This document shows, piece by piece, positions 41,181 to 54,805 of a stretch of 64,000 nucleotides of DNA. The notes below the pieces were generated by a model. The model made no database searches. It was not told the DNA's origin and saw only the letters and a list, made by a program, of their open reading frames with translations. The translations under genes were made by a program, and so were the position numbers. This stretch comes from Octopus vulgaris (taxonomy: Eukaryota): the NCBI GenBank assembly GCA_951406725.2, contig OX597821.1, positions 55,738,001 to 55,802,000 on the forward strand, read 5' to 3'. The first letter of the stretch is position 1; each line of letters opens with the position of its first letter.

Positions 41181-41504
41181 TACTCATGTTAAAGCAAAAT
41201 ATAAGTATGTTGATATATAAATGCTAGATACAAATTTCAAATACAATTAAATAAGGGGATAACGTATAATTACATTTATGATAACGAATTTTATGAATAA
41301 CATTTATGATAACGAATTTTATGAATAAAATTAATAATTATAAATTGCCATCAAATTTTTATGTTATACAAACTTTAAAAATATAAGGAAATAAAAAATA
41401 AAAATAAGAATATGAATATAAATATATATAATAAGAGAAAATATTTAAAAAATATGAAGGGTATAAATACAAATGCATAAAAATATAAAACAAAATATTT
41501 AATA

Positions 41505-41760
41505 TTACTTATATAAAGTCCGTTCTGTCTGTCTGTGTATGTGTCTTCCAGGATCTCGGGCATCCTCCATCCGATTGCACTCAAAACTTGATATGTAGAT
41601 ACCGACGGTATAAGGGCGTATATAAGTCTTGAAGAAATTATAAAAATTGATTCCAGGTGAGAATGCGATCGATAAAGCCGTGGGAAATCGTATTTCTTTG
41701 GAATAGAAATAAGTCTATCTTTATTTCTTCTTTTGCTGGTGTCTCAAATTTAGGTTAAAT
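41505..41760 (+). mobile_element. HINE/Helitron-like non-autonomous element 5' part
   Basis: TTATATAAAGTCCGTTCTGTCTGTCTGT start with a GTCT repeat, then CCATCCGATTGCACTCAAAACTTG, a DINE-1/HINE-like layout. Confidence 0.55.
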
Positions 41761-42019
41761 CAGTGTTTCTCAAAAGGGAGGCCTATTGGACGGTCGGACA
41801 AGTTGTCTTGAGAAAATTTGGTTTAAATGTTTGACAACTCAACACCGTCCATTAGACGGGATGGGGCGTTTTGTTCGTATATATATAAATATAATGAGTA
41901 AAAAATATAACTTGATAAGTTTAGGTTCACAGTACACAGTGGGACATATGAAAACAAATTCTGTGCAGCATTTATATATATATATATTAACATCTTGCTT
42001 TAAGGGTGCCAGTAAACTA

Positions 42020-42585
42020 AGGTAAAAACTTACTCTTTCAATTTACATCCCACCCACAATCCTTCACTTTTTTCCCTTGAAGATGACAATGAAACGAACC
42101 TGTATTCGCCATCACTATCTCCTCTTCTTTGTCTATCATCACCACTCCCCCCAACAGAGATTCTGGTTTACCACCCTATGACCTCAGATAGTAGAACGGT
42201 CTGTCATGATACTAATTTATTTATAACACTCTAGATATTAGATGTTCTGAAGACTGAATTCTTCGATGTGTAGATAACGGGGTCACTACTCTCATTCATC
42301 CCTCATACCCCACTCTAGCCTATGCTAACTTTTGGTTTGTCTGTAGCTGTACTGTCCTTTTTTCATTCTGCCAAAAGCTTAGCAACGGAATCATATTAAA
42401 TATCGATGATATGAATATGTTCATATAATTAACTTGTTCCTTATGCTTGAGATCAATGCACTCATTTGATAAGAACGGTTTTCTTTGTAATGATGTTATG
42501 CTTTCATTGATCAATCAGAGGAGTTGCTCGAAACGGCCGTAATGAATTGACGCTTATACACCTTTGTTACTTATTTATATTTTAC
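42020..42585 (+). mobile_element. PLE-like 3' fragment (right arm) with a degenerate hammerhead at 42511-42545
   Basis: CAGAGGA GTTGCTC GAAA CGGCCG TA is one mismatch from CTGANGA and has a palindromic helix III. Confidence 0.6.
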
Positions 42586-42823
42586 TCACGTACCCTGGAA
42601 TCTGAATATCGGAAGTATTTGCAAAGTATCATTATATAAAGTACATGTCTGAACAAATAAGAGCGGATTTATTCACTAAGTTAGTTGGACCGTGCCATCT
42701 GCATACACTGCTTGAAGATCGAGTGGAAAAAAATTATATGTAGCGTTTGATGCCCACCTAATATTGTTTGAGTGTGCAAATAAATGCATCAATTCTAGTA
42801 CCTAATTCAACTGAATCTAAATT

Positions 42824-42885
<62 letters not shown>

Positions 42886-44247
42886 TGCTCAGTGATTATT
42901 TCGACATCTGACACCTGGTACATGACACCTGGTCAGACAAAGTCGATCTGATGACGAGCGTGAGTTAATGGGCAGCACGAACATTTGATCAGTAGAACAA
43001 ATCCTTTATACAGGTCATTCGGCAAAAGCTGAACGCTCATACGTCGTCTTTGAGGGGAGAGTCCATCAAATATATATATATATATATAACGAAGATATTT
43101 GTAAAAATGCACTGTCGTGTAAGATAAATTAACAAAACGTTATATCAATAAATAGATTAAAATTACATTTACAACTTTTTAAAATCTCACTTTTAATTAA
43201 GGAAGATGCTGATTAGTGAAATTCTTCATTTCTATAGCTATACATCTTTTCTTCGAACTGTTATCAATTACCCTGCTTGCTCCAACACGAAAACAGTAAT
43301 ACAGAGTGGAACAATAATGTGATAAGCATTGCAATACAAGAAATTTACTAATTAGTTCTAATAACTTTAATGAAATATCAGTCGGAAAAATAACAATTGA
43401 ACAAACCAGTAGGAAGCAAAACATCCAAATCAAGAATATGAACATAATGATCAACTGTATCAACGTCAACAACACCATCTTCAATACTAAAAGCAGTATG
43501 AAAAACTATTTACCCTGTTGCAACTGGATATTCATATCTTCAAGATATACACGTACAACATTAATTACTTAGTTAATTAATTAATTACTTCACATCAATT
43601 TTTTTAAAAAACATCTTTCTCAACAAAGTATAGAATTTATATTTTTTATCAATAATTTCTGAGATACATTGCCTGAGCTAAAGAAATTGTTCATTAGATG
43701 GTTTCTGGACGATGCCCATTATTCTATTTCCATGATTTACCTAAGTGAATGTCAGATGGCGACGGAAGTGCAAAGAAGAGAGTGTTGTTGCCAACCCCTG
43801 TTAAAGATTTTCTAATTGATTTATAACTCAAACTATGTTAGATAACAAAACCAAAACTAGTTCTTTGTTTTACCCTTTTTCTCTGTAGGGACACAATCTG
43901 CACCAGTTCAAACAATCTGTTTACTAAAACAGGCATTTGTCTGACATTATTAAATTGACCTTATGGAAATCGACACTAACATATTCGAGCTAAAAGAAGA
44001 TAGTCTTCGTAACCACGTAACCTGCTGAATATAGCATCGAAACTTCTCGTAAACACACATTAATGTGTTAAAAATAAAAGGAGACATTGAACAATGTAAC
44101 CCGTGGTATATGAAGCCATAACTGAATAACCGAAACTATTTGTTGAATCACTCAGGACTGATCTAGGATTAGGGAATGGGTTATCATTCACTTGTATATC
44201 TGAAGAAAATTAGCATTAGGCGTACCTAATACACATACATTAGGCTC

Positions 44248-44281
<34 letters not shown>

Positions 44282-44454
44282 GTGCGTATATGATCAACTT
44301 TACTGACTGTGATAACCAACTTTCTATCATCCTAATTGTCAATATATAAAAAAAAATCTTGAACTGAGACTGTCTTAAAATCGAAATAACTACAACATAG
44401 AAGGACCCTTTTAGTCATTTTAGAATGCACAGAAATTACTATATTTCTTTTCCT

Positions 44455-44805
44455 TTTTCAGTCATTAGATTATGTCCATTCTAGGGCACTGCTTTGAAGA
44501 GTTTAGTCGAACAAATCGACTCCAGTATTTAATTCTTAGTACAGTACTTCATTTATTTTCATCGGTTACATTCGACGAACTGATTGGTTACGGTGGCGTA
44601 AACAAATGAACACTGGTGGTCAAGCAGTTGCGACAGCCATAAAGACCTACATACAACCATTGATACATACATGTACACGTCTACCAAATCGACTCACAAG
44701 ACTTTAGTTGGCCCGGGGCTATAGAAGACACTTGCCCAAGCTGCTACGCAGTGAAACTGGACCCTACACCACGGGGTTCGTAAGCAACCTTTTAAACTCA
44801 CAGCC
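44455..44805 (-). mobile_element. SINE family B, diverged
   Basis: GGCCCGGGGCTATAGAAGACACTTGCCCAAG and other blocks match 54171-54623. Confidence 0.8.
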
Positions 44806-47309
44806 AATTCTGTATTTCTTTATGTATCAAAAATTTAATTGCACTTTTGCAACTTGGTCAGTGACACAATTTCGACGCAGCTATTGAAAATATGTTACAG
44901 GTGAGATTTTATAAGCCTCATCTTGTTTTCGTTTCTTTGTTCTATTTTTATATGACCGCTATAGGGCTGTGGATATTCTGCACTGTTACCAGTTGGCTTA
45001 TGACATATGGGCCTCTGTTGGTTACTTTTAGATCCAGTTTTTCTGGGGGTTTTGTAATTTTTATTGAAAAATGAAACGAGAAGGAATAGTGAGAAGAAAT
45101 ATTTAAATAAATATAGATAGATAAAATACAGAAGTAATATAAAAGTGACTAACATCAGTCAAAAGTTTAGTCAGCAACTATGCATTAATCCCACATTTCC
45201 AAATTTTCAAAAAACAAACACTCCGAAGTTTATGAAATCTCACCAGTAACTGATTTTCAACCTTTACATTGGAATTGTATGAGTCGTTAGGATGAAGTAA
45301 TGTGATGAGTATTTTGACAAGAAATAAACAGAAACGAGATATTACAGTTTTGTACGTTCTTAATTAGTTAATGCTTCTTCCGCGATTTATAAAACCAATC
45401 AGCACGCATATGAAAGAAACCATTTCGCACTTCTCCATCCCCTCTCTCTTTACCTCTCAATCTCTCTCTTCATCTCTCTCTCTCTCTCTTTTCTTTCTCT
45501 TACTCTCGATTGTAAGCAGTACTTCAATGTTCAATATTAATTATTATCTGTTTCCACTACACACTTGACCATCTATAGTAGACTATTGAAGCAGTTCAGA
45601 AGTATTATATGGTATTTGTTATTTTGCTAAAGCGACAAACTGCTATGTTAGCCTTGATAAAATGTTCTGTTTTGTTTTTCAGAATATAGGGAGACAAGGT
45701 AATATATATGTTGTCGCACTTAAATGCTTATCCCAACTCCTATATCTTGTTCAAATATATGTTACTTGCCTATTTAATTGACAGATATTTACCGATTGAA
45801 ATCCTTGCATACAATAAGTTGTCGCTCTCCCTCTCTCCCTCTCTCTTTGTTCTCTCTCTCTCTCTCGCTCGTCTTTCTCTCCCCCTCTCTTGCGCTCTCT
45901 CTTTCCTTCTATTTAAGCAAAAGTAAAAGATCACCACGAAAAATTAGACTTCACAGATCCTTTAATAATCTTCTACAAGTGCTTCTATTCTGTTCTCTTT
46001 GCACATAATTTTTAATTCATTTTGAAATGAGGTGTATTAATCTCTCTTCAATATAATCCATTGAAGATGGCGTACTTGGTTTCTATGTGAAAAGCAATAG
46101 CCAGGAATAATTATCTAAAATAATTCGGGAAAATGTTCTGGAATTGATTATTCATGGCCATCATTTGAATCTGTAAAATAGAATAATTCTGAATGAATTT
46201 CTACTTAAATAATTTGAAATTCCATTCAGAACATGATTTCTTGTTTGGCCTTTACAAAACTAAACAAAAAAGTGGTATTCCGCCTTTATTTATTTTAATC
46301 CTCTTGTCATCCCCTTTTCAAACTCTTACATTGAATCGTTCCTAAATACTCAATCCGTTTCATTATTCACATTTTATCCATGTGAATTTGAATAAAAGCC
46401 ATTTTGTTCGTTCGGTCATGAACTTCAAATGTTGTAAGGTTTTGTCTTGCTTTTGTTTTTGTTTTTATTACATGTACTTTGAAGTAAACCGTTCACATGG
46501 AGAATGAGCACATAAAGCAAAGCATTTTTGACAGAAGCAAGAAGAAAGGTAAAGAATGCCTGTGAAAAGCAATCGGCATCATAATTGAATTGAAATGTAA
46601 ACTATAATAGAAAGCTATGAAAGTAAGCTTAAATGGTAAGCTAAAACACTCACAATGATACTGTCAGTATATCAATGAACACTTTCTTCGGTGGTTATCG
46701 TTGTTGTTCTCAACACTTCTTGTGAGTTTTCGGTGTTGTTCATAATAAATTTATTTCTATTGCTCATGCTTCCATTCATTTATGTGTCAATTGTTTTTGT
46801 TTCGCGTTTTCAGCATTGGAAACTGCTAGTTTCCTTTATCTTGTTCATTCAGTTGTCATTGTTGTTGTTATTATTATTATTATTATGATCGATGTTATAT
46901 AACTTTCCTCGTATTGATGGAGCTAAGGAATAGTTATAAATCAAATAGGGTTAAACAAAAATTGTTATCGGTGTTAAATTATATAAACACAAAACACAAC
47001 AACAACTTCAACAACAAAATAAAATATAATGATGCAGAATGCAATGAAAGGAACAATAATAAACAATAACAATTAACAGTAAAATAAACAATTTTTAAAC
47101 AACAAACTGAAAAGTGACAAGGAAAAGAAAAAAATCAACAGGTACAAAAACATTATCAAAATCAAAAACCACTAAACAGCTATAATAATAAATTCTAGGA
47201 AAAATATTATTTCAAGTAATTTTTAAAGGTTATTTCAGTTAATTTTTATTCCAGAATATAACTTTAAATAATGTAATATCTAGACAATATTTTTGTTCAG
47301 CTTGTTTTG

Positions 47310-47785
47310 AAGCCGACCTCGACAGTTTACCGCAACTATATGACAGGGAAAAGCTGATTTCTTCTAAAGAAAAATAGTGAAACCCAGTGTACGGCACAAA
47401 TCTCTAGCATAGTATGGCCTTCTCGACGAGCTGTACTTTCGCATACCTGACGTTTCATTCCTACCTGTCTTGGTAGTGTAATGTTGTCTGTTGTAGAGTC
47501 AGCCAGAGCGTGTTGACGCTGCTGGGAAAAGATCCTACCAAATTTGGCGAGAAAGAAAATTTCAGAGCCATAAACACTGTTCAGCACAAAGAAAAAAATT
47601 TTGGCAAAGGTTCTGTCGAGAAGCTGAAGCTTGTTGATGACAGTATAGTTGGAGACGTAGGAAACTGTACGGTCCCCCGCATATCTATCCAGAACAATTC
47701 ATGCGATATATCACTGCGCACTGGTCAGTTTGATTTACTCCAAAGCATTCGACAGGTTGAACTATCACAACTTGGCGGTAGGTAT
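47310..47785 (+). mobile_element. Tx1/L1-like RT fragment
   Basis: VLTLLGKDPTK...NFRAIN, CTVPRISIQNN and YSKAFDRLN match RT motifs (NFRPI, CA.PGRSI.DN, KAFDRV). Confidence 0.7.
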
Positions 47786-47794
47786 TGTAAGAGC

Positions 47795-47920
47795 TTTACT
47801 TATTAATCGACCCAGAAAGGAGGAAATACAAAGTCAACCTCAGCGGAATTTGAACTCAGGACGCAACGGCAGGCGAAATACTGCTAAGCATTTCACCCGC
47901 CGTTCTAATGATTCTGCCTA
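47795..47920 (-). mobile_element. SINE family A fragment
   Basis: AAAGTCAACCTCAGCGGAATTTGAACTCAGG...CTAAGCATTTC. Confidence 0.8.
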
Positions 47921-47924
47921 ATAT

Positions 47925-48260
47925 ATATGCGTTTGTCTGTTTGTTTGTCCTTGGACAAGATATCTCAAGAACCGCTGGATGGATTCAAATGAAACTTTCA
48001 GAGATGTTTGACCTCGTGACTAACTCGAACTGATTAGAGTTTAGGATCAATCCGGTACCAAACAAGGATTCGGGATTATTTTTCCGGTTTTTTTTACTTA
48101 ATTTTCTGAGAGCGATCGGGTTCATTTTAAGTATGCAGTTTTGTGAGAGCAGTTGAGTTTATTTCAAATATTCTCATTTTTAAAAATCATTTCTGGCTAA
48201 TCGTTAGGAGGACGTCTGTGTTGCCTTGGCAGAGGTTTGCGCTCTCTGAGTTTTCTTGTT
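47925..48260 (+). mobile_element. Helentron-associated interspersed element (HINE)
   Basis: GTTT/GTCT repeat, GATATCTCAAGAACCGCTGGATGGATT, and 3' end CCTTGGCAGAGGTTTGCGCTCTCTGAGTTTTCTTGTT, characteristic of HINE termini. Confidence 0.7.
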
Positions 48261-48389
48261 ATATTTATTATGTAGTTCATTGTTACATATATTACATATT
48301 ATTAGATTATATTGTTCTTTATTATATGTATTACATATTATTATAGTATGTTGTTCATTATACATATATTATTGTATTATGTTACAGTT

Positions 48390-48580
48390 CTATATTTAAG
48401 AGATGAGGAATTATGTACATTATTTACATTATTTACATTTGACGGATATATGTCCTCATCTTCTTTGTTAACACATTTCGGCTATTGAAGGCTGGAGGGT
48501 ATATCAGCCGAAACGTTGTGTTAACAACAAACAAGATGAGGACAAATATCCGTCAAATGTAAATAATATAAATAATGTTA
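48390..48580. mobile_element. Fold-back PLE-terminal element with a 5'-truncated hammerhead
   Basis: Inverted arms ~48417-48483 and ~48506-48578; TGA A GGCTG-GAGGGTATAT-CAGCC GAAA CG TT at 48486-48517. Confidence 0.65.
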
Positions 48581-48604
48581 CATTATGTTGTTCATTATTA
48601 TATG

Positions 48605-49375
48605 TTAGGTCATCACATAAATAATGCGGTTTTTTTTCAATCGCATGAAATAAAGAGGACGGGATAAACCACCTGCATCAACTTGCTATAAAAGCAGCTG
48701 TTAATTTTACCCTGTATTGATTCTTAGTGCAAGTTTTGAAGAGTGCAGTTCGATTATAATAGTTATTTTTTTCAAAGCTATAATGGAAGCGACAAAGGAG
48801 CATATTCGACATATTTTACTTTATGAGTTCAGTAAAGGTAACAACACAACGGTAAGTGCGAGGAATATCAATGCAGTATATGGGGATCGGACAATAAGCA
48901 TAAAGCAGTGTCAAAAATAATTCCAGAAATTCCGAGCCGGAAACAGTCTAGAAGCCGATACTCGTCCATGAAGATCTGTAGAGCTCGAAGAGGACATCCT
49001 GCAAACCTTGGTGGAACAAAATTCCACGTAACTGTTGAAGACTAGCAGAGAAGCTGGGATTTGGTCATTCAACCATTCATCGACACCTGAGTACAGTCGG
49101 AAAAGTCAGAAAATTAGATCAATGGGTCCCTCATGAACTTTCCGAGTCTAATCGCATGCAGAGCGTGAATGTGTGCTCTTCTGTGCTGTCACGTCTCACG
49201 ATTGAACCGTTTTGGGGCCTAATATTGACTGGTGACGAGAAATGGCTTCCCTAAAAAAATGTCAAGCGCTGAAGACAGCGGGTAGCGAAAGTAAAAACAG
49301 CAACACCCCAGGCTAAATAAACTCTTCACCTACGTAACTTGTTATCTGTTTGGTAGTATATGAAAGGTTTGGTCC
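48605..49375 (+). mobile_element. 3'-truncated mariner transposon
   Basis: TIR-like TTAGGTCATCACATAAATAATGCGG; MEATKEHIRHILLYEF..., WVPHEL (~49122) and ILTGDEKW (~49221); stops and frameshifts. Confidence 0.92.
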
Positions 49376-49685
49376 ACATATCAATAAAGTCATAGAGCGA
49401 ATCATCAGAAAGAAAGTGATCATGTTCCTAGAAGAAAATGACCTGCTGATCAATACACAGCATGGATTTCGTCCAGGAAGACGCTCTCTCACACAGCTCC
49501 TACAGCACTACGACTGGGTTTCGAAACAGCTGCTTGACCATTCAGATGTCAGCGTAATATACCTTGACTTTGCAAAGACATTTGATAAGATAGATCATGG
49601 AGTGATATGTCATTAGCTGCGAGACATTTCGCATTGCTAGTAAACTGGAAGACCGGTTGCATGACTTTCTTAAAGACAGAAGTCC
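49376..49685 (+). mobile_element. CR1/L2-group LINE RT fragment
   Basis: KVIERIIRK...QHGFRPGRRSLTQLL...VIYLDFAKTFDKIDHG. Confidence 0.88.
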
Positions 49686-50399
49686 TATATTTTCAATTTG
49701 GTACCTGTTTTCTTTACTTTGTATATTTTACTAAAGTTAAGTATATCTTCCTCATTCAGTCTTTAACATTAATTCTTTAAGTGAATGTATTAAATATTCT
49801 TGTAATATTCTGAAAGCATAAATCAAAATATGCCGGTGATAGCAATCATTAAACAGTTCTTATAATGAATATCTTAAGCAATATGTTTATGTTGTGCGTA
49901 GGAGATTAGTAGTTAAGTGACGATTTATTTGAAAAGTGACAGAATTATATAACAAAATTACTTCTGAGAATACAGCATAATTTCAAAATAGCATAAATAA
50001 GCGTAGACTGGAATTATTGTGGCTGATTTAATTCTTACTCATTAATATTTACGATACATCGTCAATCTGAATGGTTCTGTTCAAAACACTAGGTAAACAA
50101 CAAAATATGGGGCGGATTCAGGGAAAAGAAGTCATATGGTAAAAGAAACATACATATTTTTGTGTTATATAGTTAGTGATGATATATGATGTGTGTGTGT
50201 ATGTAACAATGTATCACAGTACCAAATGTAATAGTATAACTATAAGCAATCTGACAAAGTTTGTTATCTTATTATAACCATTCGCACAATAACAGTCTAA
50301 TACCTCAACGCAGAATCAAGAACAAGACTAACGCTCTCACAATTCGACCTCAACTGTCTACTAGCTCATCAATTATAAGACTCATCCAGTCCACTGACA

Positions 50400-52030
50400 A
50401 TCACGTGCGGGAATTTCAGTTCACACCACAACACTTTGTTGCACAGAGAAACTGAATATGTATTTCTTTGGATCCAATTCTCCTTCGCAATTCAGCGTAA
50501 AGTTCTGTCTGTCTTATGGGAGTGTGCCTCTACGATGCGGATGTCTACAGTAGTTGTTCGTGTGACTAAGACCAATGTTTTTATCAGTTGTTTAATATGT
50601 GCTGGAATGCTGCGCTAAGTTATGATGCTTGACAGAAGCATTCCCTTATTCTTAAGAGTAATTGATGTTGAGTTGCACAATCGTCTATCAGTCTTTACTG
50701 ATATATTTCCTAATATGATTCGACTACAGTAATGCGACACAATCCGAGGGCAGATATCGTCTCATTATTCTTGCAGAAATGCTAGATTTTTTGAGATAAC
50801 ATCTTAATTTATTTACTCTTTGCTCATCATGCAGAATCATGAAAATATAAGCATTTTATTCTTTAATATTCTTTAATTCTTTGCGTTTGTTTTCTCCTCT
50901 CACTATTCTCTCTTTTTCTCTCTCCATCCCTCTCTTCCTACCATTAATTCTTTTACTTTACACCTGACTGGCACTAGTAACTAACACCTTGCCATTCAAT
51001 CTCTGTTTTCTTTCTCTATGTTGGTCAAGGTTTCTGTCTGTTTATTTGCATGGTTGATGCCATGGTGTACTCGTTTCACAAAACCATTTTTGTGAAAATC
51101 TCGTTCAAAAAACATTTGGTTTGTAACATCTAGCGGAGGGCATCCACGCGAAGTTCTTTTCTCCGTACTGAGGTTTTCTGAGTAGGAGGTATTGTAGGAA
51201 AGAACTGTATCAATCCACGCAGCGAGTGAGACTGCTAGGTACTATGGTTTTGAGGCACGCGGAATTTAAGCGAAAAAAGATATCCTTCTTTGCTTGTTTC
51301 TCATAGAACTGAATCTGGTGGCCACTGAAGGAAAGGGCGTGGAGAAGTCAGCCACACTTAGGGAGCCCTCTGCTCTAAGATATTTGATAACAAACTTGAT
51401 ACCATTTTGAAGGGCAATAAAGGTTTAAGGATTTCTCGTGATCTCTTCACTAGAATATGTCAGCACAAGGGAATCATCCATGTATTTCCAATGCAGTGTA
51501 ATATATTAATATGTTGCCTGATGTGATATACACTGCGTTGATCTTGCTGTTGAATCTTGGTTAGCAGAGAGTACATGTTCCTTGATTGATAGAGTATAGA
51601 CAGTTAGACGGTAATTAAGTTATGCTTATCATCATTATTTTATAGTTGAGTTTTCCCAGATCATTTTTCTCACGATATACATAGTGATGATGCTGTTGGA
51701 ACTCTGAAATGTTATAGAAACCTAAAGACCTATAAGTGATTGCAGAGTTAAGTTATGTAGTTGCCAACTCTTCAGGAAGCAGATTCGTCAGTGGATTTGT
51801 TCCTGGTTACGATGTGGTCATAAAAGCATTTAAGGATATTTGGAACGCATATCTATTTGTTATACTTGGGTTAAAAGAGAGGGGCAAGTTTCTGAAACTT
51901 TTGGCAGGGCAAGAAGTTATTGTCAAACTGGAAATTTGACCCGGATATTTACAACAGAGTGGACTCCACTCAAAACAGCCGATAGCTAGATGGTGGTGTT
52001 AAACTGAACACTGGATTAAGTTTGTCATCC
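50400..52030 (-). mobile_element. Highly decayed Penelope-like element (RT plus GIY-YIG)
   Basis: Minus strand HWKYMDDSLVL...GIKF (~51395-51497) as the RT catalytic motif; KYISK/TDRRL (~50680-50710) as the YIG motif; CRH near 50545. Confidence 0.55.
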
Positions 52031-53124
52031 AAATAATATAAACATAACTGCTGATTGCTTTTGTTGCTTGTTTAAGTTTACATGCTTAACGTGAGCACTT
52101 TCCAGAGCATAAATCTTAATCAAAAGGTCACTTTGTGTTCTCATGAATAAAGTGGGTAGAAATGAAGAAACCGGACGCATTAGATGTCGGAGAACAGGGA
52201 AATATTTCTTTAATCACTAAATATGTTTATATTTTTCGATCCGCGATAAATCGTCAGTAATTGCATCGAGTAACCGATATATAAAACGACTGACAGAAAT
52301 TAGATGTTTTATATATAAGCATAGAATCGATATTTTAACTTGATATGTTGAGCACACATTAATTACAGTTAAAATTATAGAGCTTATAATAAATGGGTTC
52401 TGTATACTGGGTATTCAAGAGTACTTTTGTGTGTTAATATACTGTAGTGTCGTGCAGGCAAATTATGAACGCTATGAACAAAATCAGCATTAGTGGTGGA
52501 TTTAGCACTATTTTTAATATACAAACATGTATCCAGCAGAGATCTGAATTAAATTTTTTATCGTAATTTAAGCAATTAGGAAAATATTCAGAATCATCCT
52601 CCCGTGAGAACTTTCGTACTTTAATCATCTCATTCTCATTACAGGACCTTCTGAAAAATTACTGAAAATCTTATATAAAGAGCCTTTGAGTCAGCTGACT
52701 CAAGTCAAATATGAAATAACTATGTAATAGTAGTGATCAAAGGCAAAATACTGTTTTCGATATTTACAACAATAATGTAAATTACATCATTACTGACTAA
52801 CTATCGCAAGTAATCAGTAAAAACATCTCTAGTGGAATCTCCGACAGTTTCACAGAGCAGCAGATACGTAAATGTTACAGATAGACAAAGTAGTATCAAT
52901 AACCGCGGATCACAGTCTCTAAAATCAGATTTGATTTCGCAAGGCTTCACAGAGGAATTGTTGAAAAACCATCCTTAAAAAGCTACAAATATATGGAATC
53001 CGTGATAATATAGAAAAATAATGATGTTGATAATGACTGTAAAAATTATAATTGTTTTTAACACAGACACAAATTTGATAGAAATCAGTTGGACGATTAA
53101 ATAGAATCAAGTTCTAGATTAATA

Positions 53125-53250
53125 CTTAAATTAGTGAGCCCGAAGGGATCAGAGACAAAGTTGACCTGGGAGAGATTTGAATTCATAAGGCAAAAGATCT
53201 GGAAGAAATACAAGTTAATTTTGTCCGAACGATTCCGCCAATCTCTGTCT
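53125..53250 (-). mobile_element. SINE family A remnant
   Basis: CCCGAAGGGATCAGAGACAAAGTTGACCTGGGAGAGATTTGAATTC. Confidence 0.6.
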
Positions 53251-54170
53251 TAACGGCTACATTACATAAAGCATGGGAAAGGCAATAATGTTGATGTATA
53301 CAGAAAGTTGTTTGCTTTGTGGATGTAAAAGTGCCTATTTACTAATCTATGTACATGTTTGGTAAAACTAAGTACCGTTCATTATCAAATTTATATTTGT
53401 AACCAAAGTTTCAAAACAGAGACTTCCTTTTGAAAAGAATAAAATTAAATTCTTGAGTTTAGAACTAAAGATAATATATCATAAACCATATTCAACAAAA
53501 TATTCTTCATGTATTCATTTAATACTTAATTGTACAGCATTATTTCAAAACAGATTTGTCTCAAGACAATATGTTTTCTTAGCGACACGATGTTTCATAT
53601 TACTAAATCAGGGCTGTATTGTTTCTATTATTTATCAATCCTATGCTTAAACACATTGTCCTTTAGTCTTCTTGCACGAATAATTGAGATCCTGAACAAT
53701 TCTAACGTTTCAAAAGATTCACCCATGGAAATGAATACGTATGTCTTTAATTAACAGCAACCTTTAAGTTATTCGTCTTCATTTGAGGCATTATGCGTTC
53801 TATCAATCCGCCTCCTTTTTATCTCTATATCCAACAAACAAGAAATCAGTTACTGCGATAAGTCACCTGATTGTTTCATTGCTCGATCTGGTATTTCTTT
53901 AATTGACAAACATGTGTGTTTGTCAATGATTAATAACAAAGGTTCAAGGTGTCGATTGTTTTCACATTTTTCATATTTGATAAGGAAAACAGTTCTACTT
54001 CAAATGTAAAATGAAGTAGAATATCCGTGTTACTTTATAAAACGAAATTGCATGTAGAACGAAACACAAATATGTTCCCACATATATCCATAGCACTGCT
54101 GTTTCTTTCAAATATTTGTAGCTATAATTCAATAACAAACAAAGAATTAAAATCCTGACAACCTAATATA

Positions 54171-54623
54171 CTCTTCACTCTTTTACTCTTTTACTTGTTT
54201 CAGCCATTTGACTGCGGCCATGCTGGAGCACCACCTTTAATCGATCAACTCGACCCCGGGACTTATTCTTTGTAAGCCCAGTACTTATTATATCGGTTTC
54301 TTTTGCCGAACCGCTAAGTGACGGGGACATAAACACACCAGCACCGGTTGTCAAGCAATGCTAGGGAGACAAACACAGACACACAAACACACACACACAC
54401 ATACATACATATATATAAGACGCCCGTCGTGTATATATATATATATATATAAATATACACGACGGGCTTCTTCTAGTTTCCGTTTACCAAATCCACCCAC
54501 AAGGCTTTGGTCGGCCCGAGGCTATAGTAGAAGACACTCGCCCAAGGTGCCACGCAGTGGGACTGAACCCGGAACCATGAGGTTGGTAATTAAGCTACTT
54601 ACCACACAGCCACTCCTGCACCT
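54171..54623 (-). mobile_element. SINE family B, full-length well-preserved copy
   Basis: Minus-strand head GGTGCAGGAGTGGCTGTGTGGTAAG...GGTTCAGTCC (A/B boxes), internal TA/TG repeats and (GTAAAAGA)n tail. Confidence 0.92.
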
Positions 54624-54805
54624 ATAAATATAAATACATTCTTTTGCATTCATTTGACTAATATCAAGTCAAACATTTCTTCAGCTTCTGCAGCAGATTG
54701 TCAAAGGATGCAGCAATACCAACTTGTTTGCAACTGCTTCCCCTAACTCCCTTCTCGTTGAAAATAATCTATTTATAAAACATCGAGTGCATAAAAACCT
54801 TTGAC

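Noticed and set aside
42945-42990. CTGATGA hammerhead candidate
   Set aside because: The downstream box reads CGAAC rather than GAAA, and helices I-III do not pair convincingly.
46075-46180. Minus-strand exon candidate after TATTTTACAG
   Set aside because: All three frames hit stops quickly and there is no convincing donor.
50385-50445. Hammerhead at the end of the decayed PLE
   Set aside because: A GAAA...CACGTG...GTC half is present on the minus strand, but there is no CTGANGA box.
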